Positions 19,090 through 28,073 of a stretch of DNA of 64,000 bases are shown here, in pieces; positions within the stretch are counted from its first letter, which is position 1, and each line of letters opens with the position of its first letter. Under the pieces are notes generated by a model. It was not told the origin of the DNA. It saw nothing but the letters and a program-made list of their open reading frames with translations, and did not search any database. This DNA comes from an uncultured Enterobacteriaceae bacterium (GTDB lineage Bacteria > Pseudomonadota > Gammaproteobacteria > Eutrophobiales > Eutrophobiaceae). A program made the translations under genes and the position numbers. The DNA lies in the NCBI GenBank assembly GCA_964392105.1, contig CAYMPA010000001.1, forward strand, positions 4,118-68,117, in the 5' to 3' direction.

Positions 19090-20022
19090 TTACATTATAA
19101 ATGCACGGAATATTAAACGAGCGTAATGATCCATAAGTAAAAAAGCAAACAAGACACTTAAATAAAATATGGAATAGCCAAACGTCCTCATCGCCAACCT
19201 GTCTGAATCCGAACGATACAAGGCAATTGAGTTACGTAGAAAACCAATACCTAATGCAATGGCACCCGTCAAATAGATCAGACCACTCATCTGGGAAATG
19301 AATGGCAAGACACTTACCGCAACCAGCAATACTGTATAAAGCAAAATTTGTAGTTTAGTAAAAGCAACGCCATGTGTTACGGGCAACATCGGTATTCCTG
19401 CTCGTGCATATTCTTCTCGTCTGCGTATTGCCAGGGCCCAGAAATGAGGCGGGGTCCAGATAAAAATGATGAGGAACAGAATTAAAGCGTCTGAATGGAT
19501 TTCCCCCGTCATAGCGGTCCAGCCAAGTATCGGAGGGGCTGCACCAGCAGCACCACCAAGCACGATGTTCTGTGGGGTCGTTCGCTTAAGAAACATTGTG
19601 TAGATAACGGCATAGCCAATCAGGGCAATAAAGGTCAACAATGCCGTCAGCAGGTTCACATACAATATCAGGATTGACATCGATATAGCGACCAGAAACA
19701 AGGCAAAAATTAATGCCTTCATGGTGTTCAAATCGCCCTGTGGTAAAGGCCTGCTTCGGGTTCGATCCATCATGCCATCAATATGTTGATCGGCTAAATG
19801 ATTAAGTGCAGCACCGGCGGAGGCAGCGAGCCCGATACCGATTATGGCGGATACCATTACACCCAGAGAATAAGTATGAGGCCTTGAAAGCAACATTCCT
19901 ACTATTGCAGTAAAGATTATTAGCAATACCACCTTGGGTTTGCATAACTGTAAATATTTCTGCCACGGGATCAGCGATGGTTGTTGAACAGCAATTACAT
20001 CTGCTTGGTTTTTATCATTCAT
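19090..20022 (-). CDS. ctaB: Protoheme IX farnesyltransferase (heme O synthase)
   Basis: UbiA-family prenyltransferase with about nine TM helices and CyoE/CtaB motifs (NxxxDxxIDxxMxRTxxRP). Confidence 0.9.
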   Translation of the reverse strand: MNDKNQADVIAVQQPSLIPWQKYLQLCKPKVVLLIIFTAIVGMLLSRPHTYSLGVMVSAIIGIGLAASAGAALNHLADQHIDGMMDRTRSRPLPQGDLNTMKALIFALFLVAISMSILILYVNLLTALLTFIALIGYAVIYTMFLKRTTPQNIVLGGAAGAAPPILGWTAMTGEIHSDALILFLIIFIWTPPHFWALAIRRREEYARAGIPMLPVTHGVAFTKLQILLYTVLLVAVSVLPFISQMSGLIYLTGAIALGIGFLRNSIALYRSDSDRLAMRTFGYSIFYLSVLFAFLLMDHYARLIFRAFIM

Positions 20023-20298
20023 GTAAGTATCTTTCTTTCCCGGTGAGTTGTATGTCTCATTCGTCTAAACAGACGTATTTTCCTTTCGCGTTATTATAAA
20101 TTACATAAACTCTTCAAAAATGAGGGGTTTATATCATAAACGGTTTATGTTTTATTGCAAAAAGCACAGGAATATTAATCTCCAGCTGCCTGCGAGTTCT
20201 CCTGCCTGTTACCTTGTAGCGACAGTATTACTGTAGTCCACACAAGCGACTTCGATCACCATTGTATGTTTATTATACAAGTTGATTTGTTATATGGA

Positions 20299-20907
20299 TT
20301 AACCAATGTGCGACGCCCTTAATAATTTTTTTAAGTCTTTCATGATGTCTCCCGGGTTTGCATCAGGTTGATAACTCATCATTAAATTTCCGAGAGGATC
20401 AATTATATATATGCGTTCTGCTTTTAATGGATTATCAGATTTTGTTAATCGAAATTTATCGAGTAATACATGAGCATTTACTAAATTTGTATCTATTACC
20501 TGTTGTCCTCTGAAATTGATCAACATCTCTGAGAGTTCACTTGCCGTTTGTTCGGTTAATAACAATACCTTCTGTACTCGAAGAGAATGTTTGTCCATAG
20601 CGATATGAATTTGACGCATTCGATAAACATTATCCATGCATTGCTTGTCACACGACTCAGTCACATAAGCCATACTCCATTTACCATGTAAGCTATCTTT
20701 CCTTTCTGCATTTAACGGATCGATCAAGGCAAGATCATCTATTGGTCTCGGTGGGTCGATTAATTTACCATGATTGGACATGCCTCTGTTTTCAAGAAAA
20801 TTGGTATGATTAAAAACAAACCATGACAATATTAACGGACTGGTAAATGCCACTATGACAAGAATAATTGTTATCCTGTTCCTTTTGTTTTTGCTTATAT
20901 CAATCAT
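20299..20907 (-). CDS. Membrane-anchored protein with a Cx3C motif, possible thioredoxin-like cytochrome oxidase assembly factor
   Basis: N-terminal TM helix and a CDKQC motif. Its position between SURF1 and ctaB matches the uncharacterised ORF found in Pseudomonas-type cox clusters. It overlaps the SURF1 stop (ATGA). Confidence 0.4.
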   Translation of the reverse strand: MIDISKNKRNRITIILVIVAFTSPLILSWFVFNHTNFLENRGMSNHGKLIDPPRPIDDLALIDPLNAERKDSLHGKWSMAYVTESCDKQCMDNVYRMRQIHIAMDKHSLRVQKVLLLTEQTASELSEMLINFRGQQVIDTNLVNAHVLLDKFRLTKSDNPLKAERIYIIDPLGNLMMSYQPDANPGDIMKDLKKLLRASHIG

Positions 20908-21662
20908 GCATTTTGTTCCGTCTTATCTTTTTTCTTGATATTCAAAACCAGATATATAATCAGTAATGTGGTTGCAAATGCGAACCATTGAAAAGCATAA
21001 CCTATGTTTACACTTTCGCCTGAACCGGGTGTTTTCCATTGTCTACGATAACCATGTTCTGATTCTGGTTCTAATCTAATAATAAAAGAAAGCAGTTTTG
21101 TTTTTGTTAATAACGCAACTGCATTAATGTTTAATTGCTGCACCCGATAGATGTTTTCAAATAATTGTTCTGGCGGTAACACTTTTAACAACACGCCTGT
21201 GTTTGGCTGTTCTTTAGCAACACCTTTTATATTTACAAGACCGCTAGTGATGTTTAAATCTGGTCTCATAGTGCGATCATCGCCAACAGATATCCAGCCA
21301 CGATTTACAAGTACTACATACCCGCTTTGTTCCAGTCTAAATGGAGTGTAAACATAGTAACCCGCTTGTCCTTTTTCTACCCGGTTATCTAACAGTATTT
21401 GATGTTTCTCCAGAAATTCGCCCGTCGCATTAACATGCCGCCATTTAATTTCATCTTTATCAAATGATTTTATATCGTCTTGATTAAGATTAATCGATCT
21501 TCCTGATTGCCTGCTTTCAAAATCTGCGTGTTGTGTTCTTTTCTGTTCAGCACGATCCATCTGCCAAAAGCCCAGTGAAACAAACAAACTGAAAAATACC
21601 AACGCAAGCAAACTTGTAAGGAGTCCCGGACAATAACACCAGTTTCCAATAAATATTTTCAT
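20904..21662 (-). CDS. SURF1 family cytochrome oxidase assembly protein
   Basis: Two TM helices flank a periplasmic domain; the GFWQMDRAEQK motif is typical of SURF1/Shy1. Confidence 0.85.
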   Translation of the reverse strand: MKIFIGNWCYCPGLLTSLLALVFFSLFVSLGFWQMDRAEQKRTQHADFESRQSGRSINLNQDDIKSFDKDEIKWRHVNATGEFLEKHQILLDNRVEKGQAGYYVYTPFRLEQSGYVVLVNRGWISVGDDRTMRPDLNITSGLVNIKGVAKEQPNTGVLLKVLPPEQLFENIYRVQQLNINAVALLTKTKLLSFIIRLEPESEHGYRRQWKTPGSGESVNIGYAFQWFAFATTLLIIYLVLNIKKKDKTEQNA

Positions 21663-21723
21663 TTACAAATTGTATGCTGTTAATACTGGTAGAATATCTA
21701 CCACAAAAACACCGGGACATAAA

Positions 21724-21945
21724 ATGAGCGCCGCTTTACTATTTAAAATCTTCATTGTGATCTTGCTTGTCTTAATAGGCTTTTCGCTTTTATCCGGGCT
21801 TTATTTCCTGGTCATAGGCAACCCTAAATCCAAACGATTAGTTACCTCACTTACTTTTAGAATTACACTTTCAATTCTTCTCTTTGTTTCATTGATAGTT
21901 GGATATAAATTTGGCTTGATTCAACCGCATGGTCTTGGACAATAA
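21724..21945 (+). CDS. Twin-transmembrane-helix small protein (DUF2909)
   Basis: About 73 aa with two TM helices and the KSKRLV(T)SLTFR motif that is normally encoded inside cox clusters. Here it is on the opposite strand to the rest of the cluster. Confidence 0.6.
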   Translation: MSAALLFKIFIVILLVLIGFSLLSGLYFLVIGNPKSKRLVTSLTFRITLSILLFVSLIVGYKFGLIQPHGLGQ

Positions 21946-22051
21946 CATTGGCTCAATTACTGGCTTACTTGTGCAACATAAGGGCCAGAAATCAAAAACA
22001 GAAAAAGCGCTGTAAATGCAGCGCCCTCCCTTAATTGCTTTTCTGTTGAAA

Positions 22052-22945
22052 TTATATCCAGTAGACAAATATAAACAGGCCCAGCCAGACAACGTCGACA
22101 AAGTGCCAATACCAGGCAACACCTTCAAAGGCAAAATGGTCATGTGCCGAGAAATGTCCTTTCATTGCCCTAAACAGGATAACCGTCAACATGGTTGCCC
22201 CCAAGGTGACATGGAACCCGTGGAAACCCGTCAACATGAAAAAGGTAGAACCATAAATACCTGAATTAAGCGTTAAATCCAGCTCATGATAAGCGTGGTA
22301 ATATTCTCCTGCTTGCAGGTATACGAAGAGAAAACCCAGCAGAACGGTTGCTGCAAGCCACCAGCACAGACCTGCACGGTTGTCTCTTATCAAAGACCAA
22401 TGTGCAAATGTTACGGTTGCACCACTGCTAAGAAGAATGGCTGTATTTACTGCAGGAACACCCCAGGCAGGAATAATCTCTTTAATTGCCGTGAATCTGG
22501 ATTCAGCACCATCCAAAGTCATGTCAGGGGTAGTTAACAAAGGCCATATTGCATCAAAGTCAGGCCACAGAAAATAATTGGTAACGAACCCTGCGCCTTC
22601 ACCGCCCAGCCATGGCACAGACAAAACACGCGCATAGAATAAGGCACCAAAGAATGCAGCAAAAAACATTACTTCAGAAAAGATAAACCAACTCATACCC
22701 CAACGGAAACTGATATCAACCTGCTGATTATAGTTTCCGGCAGTGCTTTCACCAATCACATCAGAAAACCAGCCGACAAACATATAGATAACTGCGGCTA
22801 TACCAAGTCCAAAAATAAATGTACCAAAACCCGATCCATTTAACATGATGCCAGCACCAATAAAGGAGATGAACAACGCCAGAGATCCTACTACCGGCCA
22901 ACGGCTCGGTTCCGGGATAAAATATTCACCATGTGAGTCAGACAT
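22052..22945 (-). CDS. coxC: Cytochrome c oxidase subunit III
   Basis: 297 aa with seven TM helices and a conserved COX3 C-terminal region (FHGFHVTLG...HFVDVVWL). Confidence 0.92.
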   Translation of the reverse strand: MSDSHGEYFIPEPSRWPVVGSLALFISFIGAGIMLNGSGFGTFIFGLGIAAVIYMFVGWFSDVIGESTAGNYNQQVDISFRWGMSWFIFSEVMFFAAFFGALFYARVLSVPWLGGEGAGFVTNYFLWPDFDAIWPLLTTPDMTLDGAESRFTAIKEIIPAWGVPAVNTAILLSSGATVTFAHWSLIRDNRAGLCWWLAATVLLGFLFVYLQAGEYYHAYHELDLTLNSGIYGSTFFMLTGFHGFHVTLGATMLTVILFRAMKGHFSAHDHFAFEGVAWYWHFVDVVWLGLFIFVYWI

Positions 22946-22979
22946 AATTTTTCCTCATTTCGATTATCTATTGTTTACA

Positions 22980-23147
22980 GGAATCACCGAAAATATCTTT
23001 TTTCACAATAGCTGCGTCAACACCGTGCTCAAATACCCAGAGGGCACGCTGTACCCAAGGGTCATGCTGTCCTTATGTGTTTCGTATACACTGCGGTTCT
23101 GTGCACGGAATTTCCTTACTCTCACAAAAAATTTTATTTTCGGAGAC
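22980..23147. repeat. Family 1 repeat, short copy C (internally deleted)
   Basis: Its core (AGCTGCGTCAACACCGTGCTCAAATACCCAGAGGGCACGCTGTACCCAAGGGTCATGCTGTCC...CACTGCGGTTCT) is about 85% identical to the family-1 core. It has degenerate TIR-like ends (GGAATCACCGAAAATATC...CTCTCACAAAAAATTTTATTTTCGGAGAC). It sits in the cox11-coxC intergenic gap. Confidence 0.55.
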
Positions 23148-23154
23148 AAACTTA

Positions 23155-23733
23155 CTAACCTTTAGTGTTTATTGCCTTAACAGACTTTGTGTCGGAGACT
23201 GCAACACCATCACTGTCCGGTGCTTTAAAAAAAGTATATGAAAGTGTCATTGTTGAAATCTTTTCTGGTAACTCAGCATCAACAACAAAACGAACGATCA
23301 TTTCTTTACGTTCCCTTGGCCCAAGAATCTGTTTTGTAAAACAGAAACATTCAGTTTTATTAAAAAACAAGGATGCTTGTGCTGGCGCTACACTGGGAAC
23401 TGCCTTTCCTGTAACGGTTCTATCCGATTCGTTCTCCGCGATGAAAACGGCCTCGGCAACTTCGCCAGGATGAACTTTTGTCTTATATTCAACCGCTTTA
23501 AATTTCCATGGCAAAGCAGGATTCACATTGGTATCGAACTCAACCGTAACCAGACGGTCGGCATCTACTTTGCCGGCCTCGGCCTCGGCCTGTGAAATTT
23601 CGCCTGTCTTGCCATTAATCCCGGTAACATCACAAAATACGTCATACAAAGGCACCATGGCATAACCAAAACCAAACATTGCGATAGCAAAAGCACATAG
23701 TTTCCTGGCTGTACGTGTTGTGTTTTGTGCCAT
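23155..23733 (-). CDS. ctaG: Cytochrome c oxidase assembly protein CtaG/Cox11
   Basis: N-terminal TM anchor and the copper-binding CFCF motif (KTECFCFTKQ). Confidence 0.88.
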   Translation of the reverse strand: MAQNTTRTARKLCAFAIAMFGFGYAMVPLYDVFCDVTGINGKTGEISQAEAEAGKVDADRLVTVEFDTNVNPALPWKFKAVEYKTKVHPGEVAEAVFIAENESDRTVTGKAVPSVAPAQASLFFNKTECFCFTKQILGPRERKEMIVRFVVDAELPEKISTMTLSYTFFKAPDSDGVAVSDTKSVKAINTKG

Positions 23734-23735
23734 GA

Positions 23736-23858
23736 CTATATATAAATCAGGAATAACCCGATATAAAAGCCAAATGCGACCATGCCAAGAATGATGGCCA
23801 ATCGCATGTTCTTTGCAGCCAATTCCTTTTCAGCATCAGTTTGATCATTATCGCTCAT
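23736..23858 (-). CDS. Candidate 40-aa single-TM small protein between coxA and cox11
   Basis: Not in the track because it is shorter than 60 aa. Translation: MSDNDQTDAEKELAAKNMRLAIILGMVAFGFYIGLFLIYI*. An AAGGA SD lies 7 nt upstream of the ATG, in the 6-nt gap after the coxA stop. Its stop abuts the cox11 start. Confidence 0.4.
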   Translation of the reverse strand: MSDNDQTDAEKELAAKNMRLAIILGMVAFGFYIGLFLIYI

Positions 23859-23878
23859 CAATAATCCTTACTCACTCT

Positions 23879-25471
23879 CTATGAATGCGCAGTTGCATCC
23901 GTAACTTCAGGAGGAGTTATAAAGCTATGGTATGGCGGTGGTGAAGGCAAGGTAAATTCCAGACCATGTGCGCTTTCCCAAACCTGATCCGTTGCCTTTT
24001 CGCCGCCACGAACACACTTGATAACCAACCAGACTAATATCAACTGGCTAAGGCCAAATGCGAATCCACCAATACTGGAAACCTGGTTCCAATCGGTAAA
24101 CTGAATATTGTAATCAGGGATACGGCGCGGCATACCGGCCAGCCCGAGGAAATGCATTGGGAAGAACGAGATATTCACCGATATGGTAGATGTCCAAAAA
24201 TGTAATTTGCCTAATTTCTCGTCATACATATGGCCCGTCCATTTTGGCAACCAGTAGTAAATCCCTGCAAATACACCAAAGATGATGCCGGGCACGATGA
24301 CGTAATGGAAATGTGCAACGATGAAATAGGTGTCGTGGTACTGGAAGTCGACCGGGGTGATGCCCATCATCAAACCAGTTAAACCACCCATCGTAAACAT
24401 GAACAAGACACCAATTGCAAAAAGCATTGGTGTTTCAAAGGTCATGGAGCCCTTCCACATGGTTGCCACCCAGTTAAAGACCTTCACGCCAGTTGGCACG
24501 GCGATCGACATGGTTGCATACATGAAGAATAGCTCACCGGTCAGTGGCATACCAACAGTAAACATGTGGTGTGCCCAGACAAAAAACGAAAGAAAGGCAA
24601 TCGATGCCGTTGCGTAAACCATCGATGTATATCCAAATAATGGCTTGCGTGAAAAGGTCGGGAGAACCTGGGAAATAATACCAAATGAAGGCAAAACCAG
24701 GATATAAACCTCAGGATGAGCAAAGAACCAGAAAACATGTTGGAACATAATCGGATCACCACCGCCGGCTGCGTCGAAGAAGGCCGTTCCAAAGAACTTG
24801 TCAGTTAACAGCATGGTCACCGCACCGGCAAGTACCGGCATTGCAGCAATCAAAAGAAACGCGGTAATAATCCAGGTCCAGACAAACAGCGGTAATCTCA
24901 TGAAGCTCATGCCCGGTGCACGCATATTGAAAACCGTCGCAATTATATTGATTGCGCCCATAATCGAGGAGAGCCCCAGAAAGTGGACTGCGAAGATCAG
25001 GAACGGAAAAGCATCACCCAACTGCAACACCAGGGGGGGATACATGGTCCATCCACCCGATGGGGCACCGCCTTCCATGAAAAATGTCGATATCAAAAGA
25101 GTAGCAGCAAACGGCAAGATCCAGAAACTCATGTTATTCATTCGTGGCATTGCCATATCCGGCGCACCAATCATCATCGGGATCATCCAGTTGGCCATAC
25201 CGACAGCGGCCGGCATTAGTGCGCCGAAGATCATGACCAGTGCATGAACAGTAGCCATTGAGTTAAAAAATTGAGGATCAACATATTGCATACCCGGCTG
25301 AAATAATTCAGCACGGATAACCATTGCCATGGCGCCACCAACAAAAAACATAATCAAGGCGAACACCAGATACATGGTGCCAATATCTTTATGGTTGGTA
25401 GAAAATAACCAGCGCTTTATGCCGGTTGGTTTGTGATCGTGGTCGTCGTGATGGAGGACTGCTTCACTCAT
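23879..25471 (-). CDS. coxA: Cytochrome c oxidase subunit I (aa3-type)
   Basis: All six canonical His ligands are present (TVHALVMIF, WFFAHPEVY, WAHHMF, AHFHYV) across 12 TM helices. Confidence 0.95.
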   Translation of the reverse strand: MSEAVLHHDDHDHKPTGIKRWLFSTNHKDIGTMYLVFALIMFFVGGAMAMVIRAELFQPGMQYVDPQFFNSMATVHALVMIFGALMPAAVGMANWMIPMMIGAPDMAMPRMNNMSFWILPFAATLLISTFFMEGGAPSGGWTMYPPLVLQLGDAFPFLIFAVHFLGLSSIMGAINIIATVFNMRAPGMSFMRLPLFVWTWIITAFLLIAAMPVLAGAVTMLLTDKFFGTAFFDAAGGGDPIMFQHVFWFFAHPEVYILVLPSFGIISQVLPTFSRKPLFGYTSMVYATASIAFLSFFVWAHHMFTVGMPLTGELFFMYATMSIAVPTGVKVFNWVATMWKGSMTFETPMLFAIGVLFMFTMGGLTGLMMGITPVDFQYHDTYFIVAHFHYVIVPGIIFGVFAGIYYWLPKWTGHMYDEKLGKLHFWTSTISVNISFFPMHFLGLAGMPRRIPDYNIQFTDWNQVSSIGGFAFGLSQLILVWLVIKCVRGGEKATDQVWESAHGLEFTLPSPPPYHSFITPPEVTDATAHS

Positions 25472-25524
25472 AATTTCTATCCTATGGTTGCTTAATCCAA
25501 ATAATTAATTTATTAATTTCGTTA

Positions 25525-26667
25525 TTAGCGTGCTGCTTTAATGTCAGATGGCTGAATAACATCGCCGCTATCATTGCCCCAGCTATTACGTTCAAAGGTA
25601 ATGACGGCAGCCAACTCGGCATCGGATAATTGTCCGCCAAAAGCCACCATCATCGTACCTGCCTTACCGTTGATAACCCTGTCCAGGTGACCCGCTAACG
25701 GCCCCGTTGTAATTACTCCCCCCTTCAGTGCCGGGAAAGTACCAGGCAGGCCCTCACCGTTGGCCATATGGCAAGCGGCACAAGTTGCAGCATAGACGGT
25801 CCCGCCTTTTTCCATCAGCTCATCCATGCTCCATTCACGGTCAGAACTCGCTGCGGCAATGGTTTGTTCTGCCTTCTTTTCTTCAACCCAGGCTGCATAT
25901 TCTTCTTTAGATACTGCTTTTACTACGATAGGCATGAAACCGTGGTCTTTACCGCATAGTTCAGTACACTGGCCACGGTAAATGCCTGGTTCTTCGATAT
26001 AAGTCCAGTTGTCATTTATAAAGCCAGGGATCGCGTCTCGTTTCCAACCTAAAGCCGGGACCCACCAGGCATGAATAACGTCTGCCGCAGTTGTCAGTAT
26101 CCTGATTTTAGTTTCGACCGGAAGGACCAAAGGATTATCAACCTCCAATAAATAATTTTCGATCGCGTTAGGGTCTATTGCTGAGCTTCTTTGACGCGCA
26201 TTATTACTGTCCTGATGTAGTGCACTGAAAAAACTGATGCCTTCTTCGAGATAATCATATTTCCATTTCCACTGATAGCCTGTGGCTTTAAGTGTCATTT
26301 CTGCATCGCCGGTTTGCTCCATAAAGACCAAGGTTTTCGTGGCGGGGACCGCCAAGACGACCAAAATCAAAACAGGAATGATAGTCCAGGTAATTTCAGC
26401 AACAGTACTGTGATGAAATTGCTCGGCAACGGCACCTTTTGATTTTCTGTGGTGGAAGATTGACCAACACATAACACTGAATACAGCGATACCGATTACT
26501 GTAACAATGTACAGAATAGTCATGTGCAATTCGTAGACTTTATGACTGGTTGGCGTTACGCCCTCTGTCAAATTAAGCGAATAATCTGCCAGTGCAACAC
26601 CACACGCCAGAAATAATGAAACTGTAACCACTCCAAGCACAGTTTGTTTTAATTTTTTGACTGACAT
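25525..26667 (-). CDS. coxB: Cytochrome c oxidase subunit II with a C-terminal mono-heme cytochrome c domain (caa3-type)
   Basis: Signal peptide plus two TM helices, a CuA site (H...CTELCGKDHGFM) and a C-terminal CAACH heme-c motif. The start was moved to the ATG at 26667, which has a GAGGGA SD and gives the signal peptide MSVKKLKQTVLGVV. Confidence 0.9.
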   Translation of the reverse strand: MSVKKLKQTVLGVVTVSLFLACGVALADYSLNLTEGVTPTSHKVYELHMTILYIVTVIGIAVFSVMCWSIFHHRKSKGAVAEQFHHSTVAEITWTIIPVLILVVLAVPATKTLVFMEQTGDAEMTLKATGYQWKWKYDYLEEGISFFSALHQDSNNARQRSSAIDPNAIENYLLEVDNPLVLPVETKIRILTTAADVIHAWWVPALGWKRDAIPGFINDNWTYIEEPGIYRGQCTELCGKDHGFMPIVVKAVSKEEYAAWVEEKKAEQTIAAASSDREWSMDELMEKGGTVYAATCAACHMANGEGLPGTFPALKGGVITTGPLAGHLDRVINGKAGTMMVAFGGQLSDAELAAVITFERNSWGNDSGDVIQPSDIKAAR

Positions 26668-26717
26668 ACAACGTCCCTCAACATTGATGATTTTTATATT
26701 TCTTTCATTCATACAAA

Positions 26718-27194
26718 CTAATTTTTAATTACTTTTCGCAGCTCGATTGCCAGGCCTTGGCGTTCCGACTCATTTAAAAAACATCCTATCTCGGCCTGTT
26801 GCCCGTGGGACCTTATTAACAGGCGACTTGGATACCAGTTATTCCAGGATCGCTCCAATATTACCTGCGCCCAAACTCGTTTTAATTCATGGCACTGTTC
26901 CGGAGAACCATGACCGATTTCAATTCTAATCTTGTCCCCTGTGACGCTATTAACTTCCCTTATGCCACCACACCATGCGCTCACATACAATACAGCGCCC
27001 AATGCCACCAGTTCTAGCCCGGCGAAAGGCAAGATCAGTGTCAACCCTTGGAAAAAGAACCCCAGTGCAACGGTTATAGTGAAACTGGCTGTTATACTGT
27101 ATAACCAAACAAGCTGATGCCATGGCATCGCTTGATTTGGCATAACCACCAAGCCCCTGTTTGCCCCCCCAGAATCACTCAGGCAAAAGATCAC
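26718..27194 (-). CDS. DUF2244 integral membrane protein (cytochrome oxidase-associated)
   Basis: Two TM helices followed by a soluble domain, located immediately upstream of coxB. The GTG start follows an AAGAGG SD. Confidence 0.6.
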   Translation of the reverse strand: MIFCLSDSGGANRGLVVMPNQAMPWHQLVWLYSITASFTITVALGFFFQGLTLILPFAGLELVALGAVLYVSAWCGGIREVNSVTGDKIRIEIGHGSPEQCHELKRVWAQVILERSWNNWYPSRLLIRSHGQQAEIGCFLNESERQGLAIELRKVIKN

Positions 27195-27313
27195 TCGGAA
27201 CCTCTTGTATATATAGTTTTATTCTGTTTATGGGCTAATAATAAAAAATCTTGATTTATTAGCCGTTCTCGGTGGGATAATATGCCCTATATTGGGCATT
27301 GTTTGCAACCTTC

Positions 27314-27359
27314 TTGATCTAGATCAAAAAATAATAAATAAAATATTGATCTAGGTCAA
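27314..27359. promoter_or_regulatory. Two tandem FNR/ANR-type palindromes (TTGAT-N4-ATCAA) upstream of the DUF2244-coxBA operon
   Basis: TTGATCTAGATCAA (27314-27327) is a perfect match and TTGATCTAGGTCAA (27346-27359) differs at one position; the centres are 32 bp apart. They lie about 125-160 bp upstream of the DUF2244 start and just downstream of the bioD stop. Confidence 0.5.
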
Positions 27360-27380
27360 GAATATACAAGAAATAATGTG

Positions 27381-28070
27381 CTAGAGACAAACATCAGAAA
27401 TAAGTGATAGATCGATTCTTTCAAGCATTTTATCCGGCTTAAAATCATTCATATAAGGTTGATTTGCAATATGCGGGCTGGTCAATTTTTCTTTTAATGT
27501 ATCGATTGTTTCCTGTTTAAATAAATAATCTTTTTCTAACTGATTACTTACCCAGCCACACAGGTTCACACCATCAGAACGGATAGCCTCTTCTGTTAAT
27601 ATCGCATGATTTATACACCCCAGACTGATACCAACCACCATAATCACTGGCAGATCCAACACGCGCACTAAATCAACCATGCTTGTTTTGTCAGAAATTG
27701 GTACTCGCCAGCCACCGACCCCTTCAACGATGACATACCCGCCATTTGAAGCCAACTGATCATAACTGGCAATAATTTTGTCCAGATCAATAATCACTTT
27801 TTCCCGATTGGCTGCAATATATGGTGCAACAGGTGATTCAAAAACGACAGGGTTTATAACTTCATAATTGGTGGTCTCACTACAATGAAGCATTATTAAT
27901 ATTGCATCCTCGTTCATTAATTTGCCGTCATTCAAGTTTGCGCCAGATGCAATTGGTTTCATCCCGGCGACTTGATGTCCCTGTTTTTTTAATGCCTCCA
28001 TTAATGTAACCGTAAACCGGGTTTTTCCTACTCCAGTATCTGTGCCTGTAATAAAAATTCCATTAGACAT
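27381..28070 (-). CDS. bioD: Dethiobiotin synthetase
   Basis: P-loop motif ITGTDTGVGKT and the conserved BioD fold. Confidence 0.9.
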   Translation of the reverse strand: MSNGIFITGTDTGVGKTRFTVTLMEALKKQGHQVAGMKPIASGANLNDGKLMNEDAILIMLHCSETTNYEVINPVVFESPVAPYIAANREKVIIDLDKIIASYDQLASNGGYVIVEGVGGWRVPISDKTSMVDLVRVLDLPVIMVVGISLGCINHAILTEEAIRSDGVNLCGWVSNQLEKDYLFKQETIDTLKEKLTSPHIANQPYMNDFKPDKMLERIDLSLISDVCL

Positions 28071-28073
28071 AAA

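Noticed and set aside
23879-26712. Numerous antisense or alternative-frame ORFs inside coxA, coxB, gyrB, polA, dnaA and others (for example 24330-24617, 24798-25247, 33943-34206, 61253-61438)
   Set aside because: They are embedded in strongly supported conserved genes on the other strand or frame. They have no independent support.
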